Shown: piece after piece, positions 48,601-60,600 of the stretch | How positions within the stretch are numbered: the first letter of the stretch is position 1 | Layout: every line of letters starts with the position of its first letter | Assembly (NCBI GenBank): GCA_964016885.1 | Contig: OZ024742.1 | Coordinates: 328,042,001 to 328,106,000, forward strand | Length of the DNA: 64,000 bases | Origin: Eledone cirrhosa | Taxonomy: Eukaryota | Direction: 5' to 3' | Made by a program: the position numbers and the translations under genes | The notes under the pieces: model-generated | Told to the model about the DNA's origin: nothing | Databases searched by the model: none | Seen by the model: only the letters and a program-made list of their open reading frames with translations

Positions 48601-51600
48601 ATAGTATTGGTATGGTGTTGTTGTAGTTGTTTTTGGTGATAGTGTTGGTATGGTGTTGTTGTAGTTGTTTTTGGTGATAGTGTTGGTATGGTGTTGTTGT
48701 GGTTGTTTTTGGTGATAGTGTTGGTAAGGTGTTGTTGTAGAAGTTGTTTTTGGTGATAGTGTTGGTATGGTGCTGTTGTGGTTGTTTTTGGTGATAGTGT
48801 TGATATGGTGTTGTTGTAGTTGCTTTTGGTGATAGTGTTGGTATGGTGCTGTTGTAGTTGTTTTTGGTGATAGTGTTGCTATGGTGTTGTTGTAGTAGTT
48901 GTTTTTGGTGATAGTGTTGGTATGGTGTTGTTGTAGTAGTTGTTTTTGGTGATAGTGTTGGTATGATGTTGTTGTAGTTGTTTTGGTGATAGTGTTGGTA
49001 TGGTGCTGTTGTAGTTGTTTTTGGTGATAGTGTTGGTATGGTGTTGTTGTTGTAGTAGTTGTTTTTGGTGATAGTGTTGGTATGGTGTTGTTGTGGTTGT
49101 TTTTGGTGATAGTATTGATATGGTGTTGTAGTTGTTGTTTTTGGTGATAGTGTTGGTATGGTGTTGTTGTAGTAGTTGTTTTTGGTGATAGTGTTGGTAT
49201 GGTGTTGTTGTAGTAGTTGTTTTTGGTGATAGTACTGGTATGGTGTTGTTGTGGTTGTTTGTGGTGATAGTATTGGTATGGTGTTGCAGTAGTTGTTTTT
49301 GGTGATAGTGTTGGTATGGTGTTGTTGTAGTTTTTTTTGGTGATAGTGTTGGTATGGTGTTGTTGTGGTTGTTGTTTTTGGTGATAGTGTTGGTATGGTG
49401 CTGTTGTGGTTGTTGTTTTTGGTGATAGTGTTGGTATGGTGTTGTTGTAGTAGTTGTTTTTGGTGATAGTGTTGGTATGGTGTTGTTGTAGTTGTTTTTG
49501 GTGATAGTGTTGGTATGGTGTTGTTGTAGTTGTTCTTGGTGATAGTGTTGGTATGGTGTTGTTCTAGTTGTTTTTGGTGATAGTGTCGGTATGGTGTTGT
49601 TGTGGTTGTTGTTTTTGGTGATAGTGTTGGTATGGTGTTGTTGTGTGTTGTTGTTTTTGGTGATAGTGTTGGTATGGTGTTGTTGTAGTTGTTTTTGGTG
49701 ATAGTGTTGGTATGGTGTTGTTGTGGATGTGTTTTTGGTGATAGTGTTGGTATGGTGTTGTTGTGGTTGTTTTTGGTGATAGTATTGGTATGGTGTTGTA
49801 GTTGTTTTTGGTAATAGTGTTGGTATGGTGTTGTTGTAGTTGTTTTTGGTGATAGTGTTGGTATGGTGTTGTTGTGGTTGTTGTTTTTGGTGATAGTGTT
49901 GGTATGGTGTTGTTGTAGTTGATGTTGGTGATAGTGTTGGTATGGTGTTGTTGTTGTAGTAGTTGTTTTTGGTGATAGTGTTGGTATGGTGTTGTTGTAG
50001 TAGTTTTGGGTGATAGTGTTGGTATGGTGTTGTTGTAGTAGTTTTTGGTGATAGTGTTGGTATGGTGTTGTTGTAGTTGTTTTTGGTGATAGTGTTGGTA
50101 TGGTGTTGTTGTGGTTGTTGTTTTTGGTGATAGTGTTGGTATGGTGTTGTTGTTGTTGTTTTTGGTGATAGTGTTGGTATGGTGTTGTTGTGGTTGTTGT
50201 TTTTGGTGATAGTGTTGGTATGGTGTTGTTGTGGTTGTTTTTGGTGATAGTATTGGTATGGTGTTGTAGTTGTTTTTGGTGATAGTGTTGGTATGGTGTT
50301 TTTGTAGTTGTTTTTGGTGATAGTGTTGGTATGGTGTTGTTGTGGTTGTTGTTTTTGGTGATAGTGTTGGTATGGTGTTGTTGTAGTTGTTTTTGGTGAT
50401 AGTGTTGGTATGGTGTTGTTGTTGTAGTAGTTGTTTTTGTTGATAGTGTTGGTATGGTGTTGTTGTAGTAGTTTTTGGTGATAGTGTTGGTATGGTGTTG
50501 TTGCAGTAGTTGTTTTTGGTGATAGTGTTGGTATGGTGTTGTTGTAGTAGTTTTTGGTGATAGTGTTGGTATGGTGTTGTTATAGTAGTTTTTGGTGATA
50601 GTGTTGGTATGGTGTTGTTGTAGTAGTTGTTTTTGGTGATAGTGTTGGTATGGTGTTGTTGTAGTAGTGATTTTTGGTGATAGTGTTGGTATGGTGTTGT
50701 TGTAGTAGTTTTTGGTGATATTGTTGGTATGGTGTTGTTGTAGTAGTTGTTTTTAGTGATAGTGTTGGTATGGTGTTGTTGTAGTAGTTGTTTTTGGTGA
50801 TAGTATTGGTATGGTGTTGTTGTAGTAGTTGTTTTTGGTGATAGTGTTGGTATGGTGTTGTTGTAGTAGTTGTTTTTGGTGTTAGTGTTGGTATGGTGTT
50901 GTAGTAGTCGTTTTGGTGATAGTGTTGGTATGGTGTTGTTGTAGTAGTTGTTTTTGGTGATAGTGTTGGTATGGTGTTGTTGTAGTTGTTTTTGGTGATA
51001 GTGTTGGTATGGTGTTGTTGTAGTTGTTTTTGGTGATAGTGTTGGTTTTGTGTTGTTGTAGCTGTTTTTGGTGATAGTGTTGGTATGGTGTTGTTGTAGT
51101 TGTTTTTGGTGATAGTGTTGGTATGGTGTTGTTGTGGTTGTTGTTTTTGGTGATAGTGTTGGTATGGTGTTGTTGTGGTTGTTTTTGGTGATAGTATTGG
51201 AATGGTGTTGTAGTTGTTTTTGGTGATAGTGTTGGTATGGTGTTTTTGAAGTTGTTTTTGGTGATAGTGTTGGTATGGTGTTGTTGTGGTTGTTGTTTTT
51301 GGTGATAGTGTTGGTATGGTGTTGTTATAGTTGTTTTTGGTGATAGTGTTGGTATGGTGTTGTTGTTGTAGTAGTTGTTTTTGGTGATAGTGTTGGTATG
51401 GTGTTGTTGTAGTAGTTTTTGGTGATAGTGTTGCTATGGTGTTGTTGTAGGAGTTGTTTTTGGTGATAGTGTTGGTATGGTGTTGTTGTAGTAGTTGTTT
51501 TTGGTGGTAGTGTTGGTATGGTGTTGTTGTAGTAGTTTTTGGTGATAGTGTTTCTATGGTGTTGTTATAGTAGTTTTTGGTGATAGTGTTGGTATGGTGT

Positions 51601-54600
51601 TGTTGTAGTAGTTGTTTTTGGTGATAGTTTTGGTATGGTGTTGTTGTAGTAGTTGTTTTTGGTGATAGTGTTGGTATGGTGTTGTAGTAGTTTTTGGTGA
51701 TATTGTTGGTATGGTGTTGTTGTAGTAGTTGTTTTTAGTGATAGTGTTGGTATGGTGTTTTTGTAGTAGTTGTTTTTGGTGATAGTATTGGTATGGTGTT
51801 GTTGTAGTAGTTGTTTTTGGTGATAGTGTTGGTATGGTGTTGTTGTAGTAGTTGTTTTTGGTGATAGTGTTGGTATGGTGTTGTTGTAGTAGTTGTTTTT
51901 GGTGATAGTGTTGGTATGGTGTTGTTGTAGTAGTTGTTTTTGATGTTAGTGTTGGTATGGTGTTGTAGTAGTTGTTTTTGGTGATAGTGTTGGTATGGTG
52001 TTGTTGTAGTTGTTTTTGGTGATAGTGTTGGTATGGTGTTGTTGTAGTTGTTTTTGGTGATAGTGTTGGTATGGTGTTGTTGTGGTTGTTGTTTTTGGTG
52101 ATAGTGTTGGTATGGTGTTGTTGTAGTAGGTTTTGGTGATAGTGTTGGTATGGTGTTGTTCTAGTTGTTTTTGGTGATAGTGTCGGTATGGTGTTGTTGT
52201 GGTTGTTGTTTTTGGTGATAGTGTTGGTATGGTGTTGTTGTTGTTGTTGTTTTTGGTGATAGTGTTGGTATGGTGTTGTTGTAGTTGTTTTTGGTGATAG
52301 TGTTGGTATGGTGTTGTTGTGGATGTTGTTTTTGGTGATAGTGTTGGTATGGTGTTGTTGTGGTTGTTTTTGGTGATAGTATTGGTATGGTGCTGTAGTT
52401 GTTTTTGGTAATAGTGTTGGTATGGTGTTGTTGTAGTTGTTTTTGGTGATAGTGTTGGTATGGTGTTGTTGTGGTTGTTGTTTTTGGTGATAGTGTTGGT
52501 ATTGTGTTGTTGTAGTTGATTTTGGTGATAGTGTTGGTATGGTGTTGTTGTTGTAGTAGTTGTTTTTGGTGATAGTGTTGGTATGGTGTTGTTGTAGTAG
52601 TTTTTGGTGATAGTGTTGGTATGGTGTTGTTGTAGTAGTTTTTGGTGATAGTGTTGGTATGGTGTTGTTGTAGTTGTTTTTGGTGATAGTGTTGGTATGG
52701 TGTTGTTGTAGATGTTTTTGGTGATAGTGTTGGTATGGTGTTGTTGTAGTTGTTTTTGGTGATAGTGTTGGTATGGTGTTGTTGTGGTTGTTGTTTTTGG
52801 TGATAGTGTTGGTATGGTGTTGTTGTTGTTGTTTTTGGTGATAGTGTTGGTATGGTGTTGTTGTGGTTGTTGTTTTTGGTGATAGTGTTGGTATGGTGTT
52901 GTTGTGGTTGTTTTTGGTGATAGTATTGGTATGGTGTTGTAGTTGTTTTTGGTGATAGTGTTGGTATGGTGTTTTTGTAGTTGTTTTTGGTGATAGTGTT
53001 GGTATGGTGTTGTTGTGGTTGTTGTTTTTGGTGAGAGTGTTGGTATGGTGTTGTTGTAGTTGTTTTTGGTGATAGTGTTGGTATGGTGTTGTTGTTGTAG
53101 TAGTTGTTTTTGTTGATAGTGTTGGTATGGTGTTGTTGTAGTAGTTGTTGGTGATAGTGTTGGTATGGTGTTGTTGCAGTAGTTGTTTTTGGTGATAGTG
53201 TTGGTATGGTGTTGTTGTAGTAGTTGTTTTTGGTGATAGTGTTGGTATGGTGTTGTTGTAGTAGTTTTTGGTGATAGTGTTGGTATGGTGTTGTTATAGT
53301 AGTTTTTGGTGATAGTGTTGGTATGGTGTTGTTGTAGTAGTTGTTTTTGGTGATAGTGTTGGTATGGTGTTGTTGTAGTAGTGATTTTTGGTGATAGTGT
53401 TGGTATGGTGTTGTTGTAGTAGTTTTTGGTGATATTGTTGGTATGGTGTTGTTGTAGTAGTTGTTTTTAGTGATAGTGTTGGTATGGTGTTGTTGTAGTA
53501 GTTGTTTTTGGTGATAGTATTGGTATGGTGTTGTTGTAGTAGTTGTTTTTGGTGATAGTGTTGGTATGGTGTTGTTGTAGTAGTTGTTTTTGGTGATAGT
53601 GTTGGTATGGTGTTGTTGTTGTAGTTGTTTTTGGTGTTAGTGTTGGTATGGTGTTGTTGTAGTAGTTGTTTTTGGTGTTAGTGTTGGTATGGTGTTGTAG
53701 TAGTTGTTTTTGGTGATAGTGTTGGTATGGTGTTGTTGTAGTAGTTGTTTTTGGTGATAGTGTTGGTATGGTGTTGTTGTAGTTGTTTTTGGTGATAGTG
53801 TTGGTATGGTGTTGTTGTAGTTGTTTTTGGTGATAGTGTTGGTTTTGTGTTGTTGTAGCTGTTTTTGGTGATAGTGATGGTATGGTGTTGTTGTAGTTGT
53901 TTTTGGTGATAGTGTTGGTATGGTGTTGTTGTGGTTGTTGTTTTTGGTGATAGTGTTGGTATGGTGTTGTTGTGGTTGTTTTTGGTGATAGTATTGGAAT
54001 GGTGTTGTAGTTGTTTTTGGTGATAGTGTTGGTATGGTGTTTTTGTAGTTGTTTTTGGTGATAGTGTTGGTATGGTGTTGTTGTGGTTGTTGTTTTTGGT
54101 GATAGTGTTGGTATGGTGTTGTTATAGTTGTTTTTGGTGATAGTGTTGGTATGGTGTTGTTGTTGTAGTAGTTGTTTTTGGTGATAGTGTTGGTATGGTG
54201 TTGTTGTAGTAGTTTTTGGTGATAGTGTTGCTATGGTGTTGTTGTAGTAGTTGTTTTTGGTGATAGTGTTGGTATGGTGTTGTTGTAGTAGTTGTTTTTG
54301 GTGGTAGTGTTGGTATGGTGTTGTTGTAGTAGTTTTTGGTGATAGTGTTTCTATGGTGTTGTTATAGTAGTTTTTGGTGATAGTGTTGGTATGGTGTTGT
54401 TGTAGTAGTTGTTTTTGGTGATAGTGTTGGTATGGTGTTGTTGTAGTAGTTGTTTTTGGTGATAGTGTTGGTATGGTGTTGTTGTAGTAGTTTTTGGTGA
54501 TATTGTTGGTATGGTGTTGTTGTAGTAGTTGTTTTTAGTGATAGTGTTGGTATGGCGTTTTTGTAGTAGTTGTTTTTGGTGATAGTATTGGTATGGTGTT

Positions 54601-57600
54601 GTTGTAGTAGTTGTTTTTGGTGATAGTGTTGGTATGGTGTTGTTGTAGTAGTTGTTTTTGGTGATAGTGTTGGTATGGTGTTGTTGTAGTAGTTGTTTTT
54701 GGTGTTAGTGTTGGTATGGTGTTGTTGTAGTAGTTGTTTTTGATGTTAGTGTTGGTATGGTGTTGTAGTAGTTGTTTTTGGTGATAGTGTTGGTATGGTG
54801 TTGTTGTAGTTGTTTTTGGTGATAGTGTTGGTATGGTGTTGTTGTAGTTGTTTTTGGTGATATTGTTGGTATGGTGTTGTTGTGGTTGTTGTTTTTGGTG
54901 ATAGTGTTGGTATGGTGTTGTTGTAGTAGGTTTTGGTGATAGTGTTGGTATGGTGTTGTTGTGGTTGTTGTTTTTGGTGATAGTGTTGGTATGGTGTTGT
55001 TGTAGTAGGTTTTGGTGATAGTGTTGGTATGGTGTTGTTGTGGTTGTTGTTTTTGGTGATAGTGTTGGTATGGTGTTGTAGTTGTTTTTGGTGATAGTGT
55101 TGGTATGGTGTTGTTGTAATAGTTTTTGGTGATAGTGTTGGTATGGTGTTGTTGTAGTAGTTGTTTTTGGTGATAGTGTTGGTATGGTGTTGTTGTAGTT
55201 GTTTTTGGTGATAGTGTTGGTATGGTGTTGTTGTGGTTGTTGTTTTTGGTGATAGTGTTGGTATGGTGTTGTTGTAGTTGTTTTTGGTGATAGTGTTGGT
55301 ATGGTGTTGTTGTAGTTGTTTTTGGTGATAGTGTTGGTATGGTGTTGTTGTGGTTGTTGTTTTTGGTGACAGTGTTGGTATGGTGTTGTTGTAGTAGGTT
55401 TTGGTGATAGTGTTGGTATGGTGTTGTTGTGGTTGTTGTTTTTGGTGATAGTGTTGGTATGGTGTTGTAGTTGTTTTTGGTGATAGTGTTGGTATGGTGT
55501 TGTTGTAATAGTTTTTGGTGATAGTGTTGGTATGGTGTTGTTGTAGTAGTTGTTTTTGGTGATAGTGTTGGTATGGTGTTGTTGTAGTTGTTTTTGGTGA
55601 TAGTGTTGGTTTTGTGTTGTTGTAGTTGTTTTTGGTGATAGTGTTGGTAAGGTGTTGTTGTGGTTGTTTTTGGTGATAGTGTTGGTATGGTGCTGTTGTA
55701 GTTGTCTTTGGTGTTAGTGTTGGTATGGTGTTGTTGTAGTTGTTTTTGGTGATAGTGTTGGTATGGTGTTGTTGGGGTTGTTTTTGGTGATAGTGTTGGT
55801 ATGGTGTTGTTGCAGTAGTTGTTTTTGGTGATAGTGTTGGTATGGTGTTGTTGTAGTTGTTTTTGGTGATATTGTTGGTATGGTGTTGTTGTTGTTGTTT
55901 TTGGTGATAGTGTTGGTATGGTGTTGTTGTAGTAGTTGTTTTTGGTGATAGTGTTGGTATGGTCTTGTTGTAGTAGTTGTTTTTGGTGATAGTGTTGGTA
56001 TGGTGTTGTTGTGGTTGTTTGTGGTGATAGTATTGGTATGGTGTTGCAGTAGTTGTTTTTGGTGATAGTGTTGGTATGGTGTTGTTGTAGTTTTTTTTGG
56101 TGATAGTGTTGGTATGGTGTTGTTGTGGTTGTTGTTTTTGGTGATAGTGTTGGTATGGTGCTGTTGTGGTTGTTGTTTTTGGTGATAGTGTTGGTATGGT
56201 GTTGTTGTAGTAGTTGTTTTTGGTGATAGTGTTGGTATGGTGTTGTTGTAGTTGTTTTTGGTGATAGTGTTGGTATGGTGTTGTTGTAGTTGTTCTTGGT
56301 GATAGTGTTGGTATGGTGTTGTTCTAGTTGTTTTTGGTGATAGTGTCGGTATGGTGTTGTTGTGGTTGTTGTTTTTGGTGATAGTGTTGGTATGGTGTTG
56401 TTGTTGTTGTTGTTTTTGGTGATAGTGTTGGTATGGTGTTGTTGTAGTTGTTTTTGGTGATAGTGTTGGTATGGTGTTGTTGTGGATGTTGTTTTTGGTG
56501 ATAGTGTTGGTATGGTGTTGTTGTGGTTGTTTTTGGTGATAGTATTGGTATGGTGTTGTAGTTGTTTTTGGTAATAGTGTTGGTATGGTGTTGTTGTAGT
56601 TGTTTTTGGTGATAGTGTTGGTATGGTGTTGTTGTGGTTGTTGTTTTTGGTGATAGTGTTGGTATGGTGTTGTTGTAGTTGATTTTGGTGATAGTGTTGG
56701 TATGGTGTTGTTGTTGTAGTAGTTGTTTTTGGTGATAGTGTTGGTATGGTGTTGTTGTAGTAGTTTTTGGTGATAGTGTTGGTATGGTGTTGTTGTAGTA
56801 GTTTTTGGTGATAGTGTTGGTATGGTGTTGTTGTAGTTGTTTTTGGTGATAGTGTTGGTATGGTTTTGTTGTAGATGTTTTTGGTGATAGTGTTGGTATG
56901 GTGTTGTTGTAGTTGTTTTTGGTGATAGTGTTGGTATGGTGTTGTGGTTGTTGTTTTTGGTGATAGTGTTGGTATGGTGTTGTTGTTGTTGTTTTTGGTG
57001 ATAGTGTTGGTATGGTGTTGTTGTGGTTGTTGTTTTTGGTGATAGTGTTGGTATAGTGTTGTTGTGGTTGTTTTTGGTGATAGTATTGGTATGGTGTTGT
57101 AGTTGTTTTTGGTGATAGTGTTGGTATGGTGTTTTTGTAGTTGTTTTTGGTGATAGTGTTGGTATGGTGTTGTTGTGGTTGTTGTTTTTGGTGATAGTGT
57201 TGGTATGGTGTTGTTGTAGTTGTTTTTGGTGATAGTGTTGGTATGGTGTTGTTGTTGTAGTAGTTGTTTTTGTTGATAGTGTTGGTATGGTGTTGTTGTA
57301 GTAGTTTTTGGTGATAGTGTTGGTATGGTGTTGTTGCAGTAGTTGTTTTTGGTGATAGTGTTGGTATGGTGTTGTTGTAGTAGTTGTTTTTGGTGATAGT
57401 GTTGGTATGGTGTTGTTGTAGTAGTTTTTGGTGATAGTGTTGGTATGGTGTTGTTGTAGTAGTTGTTTTTGGTGATAGTGTTGGTATGGTGTTGTTGTAG
57501 TAGTGATTTTTGGTGATAGTGTTGGTATGGTGTTGTTGTAGTAGTTTTTGGTGATATTGTTGGTATGGTGTTGTTGTAGTAGTTGTTTTTAGTGATAGTG

Positions 57601-60600
57601 TTGGTATGGTGTTGTTGTAGTAGTTGTTTTTGGTGATAGTATTGGTATGGTGCTGTTGTAGTAGTTGTTTTTGGTGATAGTGTTGGTATGGTGTTGTTGT
57701 AGTAGTTGTTTTTGGTGATAGTGTTGGTATGGTGTTGTTGTAGTAGTTGTTTTTGGTGTTAGTGTTGGTATGGTGTTGTTGTAGTAGTTGTTTTTGGTGT
57801 TAGTGTTGGTATGGTGTTGTAGTAGTTGTTTTTGGTGATAGTGTTGGTATGGTGTTGTTGTAGTAGTTGTTTTTGGTGATAGTGTTGGTATGGTGTTGTT
57901 GTAGTTGTTTTTGGTGATAGTGTTGGTATGGTGTTGTTGTAGTTGTTTTTGGTGATAGTGTTGGTTTTGTGATGTTGTAGCTGTTTTTGGTGATAGTGTT
58001 GGTATGGTGTTGTTGTAGTTGTTTTTGGTGATAGTGTTGGTATGGTGTTGTTGTGGTTGTTGTTTTTGGTGATAGTGTTGGTATGGTGTTGTTGTGGTTG
58101 TTTTTGGTGATAGTATTGGAATGGTGTTGTAGTTGTTTTTGGTGATAGTGTTGGTATGGTGTTTTTGTAGTTGTTTTTGGTGATAGTGTTGGTATGGTGT
58201 TTTTGTAGTTGTTTTTGGTGATAGTGTTGGTATGGTGTTGTTGTGGTTGTTGTTTTTGGTGATAGTGTTGGTATGGTGTTGTTATAGTTGTTTTTGGTGA
58301 TAGTGTTGGTATGGTGTTGTTGTTGTAGTAGTTGTTTTTGGTGATAGTGTTGGTATGGTGTTGTTGTAGTAGTTTTTGGTGATAGTGTTGCTATGGTGTT
58401 GTTGTAGTAGTTGTTTTTGGTGATAGTGTTGGTATGGTGTTGTTGTAGTAGTTGTTTTTGGTGGTAGTGTTGGTATGGTGTTGTTGTAGTAGTTTTTGGT
58501 GATAGTGTTTCTATGGTGTTGTTGTAGTAGTTGTTTTTAGTGATAGTGTTGGTATGGTGTTTTTGTAGTAGTTGTTTTTGGTGATAGTATTGGTATGGTG
58601 TTGTTGTAGTAGTTGTTTTTGGTGATAGTGTTGGTATGGTGTTGTTGTAGTAGTTGTTTTTGGTGATAGTGTTGGTATGGTGTTGTTGTAGTAGTTGTTT
58701 TTGGTGTTAGTGTTGGTATGGTGTTGTTGTAGTAGTTGTTTTTGATGTTAGTGTTGGTATGGTGTTGTAGTAGTTGTTTTTGGTGATAGTGTTGGTATGG
58801 TGTTGTTGTAGTTGTTTTTGGTGATAGTGTTGGTATGGTGTTGTTGTAGTTGTTTTTGGTGATAGTGTTGGTATGGTGTTGTTGTGGTTGTTGTTTTTGG
58901 TGATAGTGTTGGTATGGTGTTGTTGTAGTAGGTTTTGGTGATAGTGTTGGTATGGTGTTGTTGTGGTTGTTGTTTTTGGTGATAGTGTTGGTATGGTGTT
59001 GTTGTAGTAGGTTTTGGTGATAGTGTTGGTATGGTGTTGTTGTGGTTGTTGTTTTTGGTGATAGTGTTGGTATGGTGTTGTAGTTGTTTTTGGTGATAGT
59101 GTTGGTATGGTGTTGTTGTAATAGTTTTTGGTGATAGTGTTGGTATGGTGTTGTTGTAGTAGTTGTTTTTGGTGATAGTGTTGGTATGGTGTTGTTGTAG
59201 TTGTTTTTGGTGATAGTGTTGGTATGGTGTTGTTGTGGTTGTTGTTTTTGGTGATAGTGTTGGTATGGTGTTGTTGTAGTTGTTTTTGGTGATAGTGTTG
59301 GTATGGTGTTGTTGTAGTTGTTTTTGGTGATAGTGTTGGTATGGTGTTGTTGTGGTTGTTGTTTTTGGTGATAGTGTTGGTATGGTGTTGTTGTAGTAGG
59401 TTTTGGTGATAGTGTTGGTATGGTGTTGTTGTGGTTGTTGTTTTTGGTGATAGTGTTGGTATGGTGTTGTAGTTGTTTTTGGTGATAGTGTTGGTATGGT
59501 GTTGTTGTAATAGTTTTTGGTGATAGTGTTGGTATGGTGTTGTTGTAGTAGTTGTTTTTGGTGATAGTGTTGGTATGGTGTTGTTGTAGTTGTTTTTGGT
59601 GATAGTGTTGGTTTTGTGTTGTTGTAGTTGTTTTTGGTGATAGTGTTGGTAAGGTGTTGTTGTGGTTGTTTTTGGTGATAGTGTTGGTATGGTGCTGTTG
59701 TAGTTGTTTTTGGTGTTAGTGTTGGTATGGTGTTGTTGTAGTTGTTTTTGGTGATAGTGTTGGTATGGTGTTGTTGAGGTTGTTTTTGGTGATAGTGTTG
59801 GTATGATGTTGTTGCAGTAGTTATTTTTGGTGATAGTGTTGGTATGGTGTTGTTGTAGTTGTTTTTGGTGATAGTGTTGGTATGGTGTTGTTGTAGTTGT
59901 TTTTGGTGATAGTGTTGGTATGGTGTTGTTGTAGTAGTTGTTTTTGGTGATAGTGTTGGTATGATGTTGTTGTAGTTGTTTTTGGTGATAGTGTTGGTAT
60001 GGTGCTGTTGTAGTTGTTTTTGGTGATAGTGTTGGTATGGTGTTGTTGTAGTAGTTGTTTTTGGTGATAGTGTTGGTATGGTGTTGTTGTGGTTGTTTTT
60101 GGTGATAGTATTGATATGGTGTTGTAGTTGTTGTTTTTGGTGATAGTGTTGGTATGGTGTTGTTGTAGTAGTTGTTTTTGGTGATAGTGTTGGTATGGTG
60201 TTGTTGTAGTAGTTGTTTTTGGTGATAGTGTTGGTATGGTGTTGTTGTGGTTGTTTGTGGTGATAGTATTGGTATGGTGTTGCAGTAGTTGTTTTTGGTG
60301 ATAGTGTTGGTATGGTGTTGTTGTAGTTTTTTTTGGTGATAGTGTTGGTATGGTGTTGTTGTGGTTATTGTTTTTGGTGATAGTGTTGGTATGGTGCTGT
60401 TGTGGTTGTTGTTTTTGGTGATAGTGTTGGTATGGTGTTGTTGTAGTAGTTGTTTTTGGTGATAGTGTTGGTATGGTGTTGTTGTAGTTGTTTTTGGTGA
60501 TAGTGTTGGTATGGTGTTGTTGTAGTAGTTTTTGGTGATAGTGTTGGTATGGTGTTGTTGTAGTAGTTGTTTTTGGTGATAGTGTTGGTATGGTGTTGTT

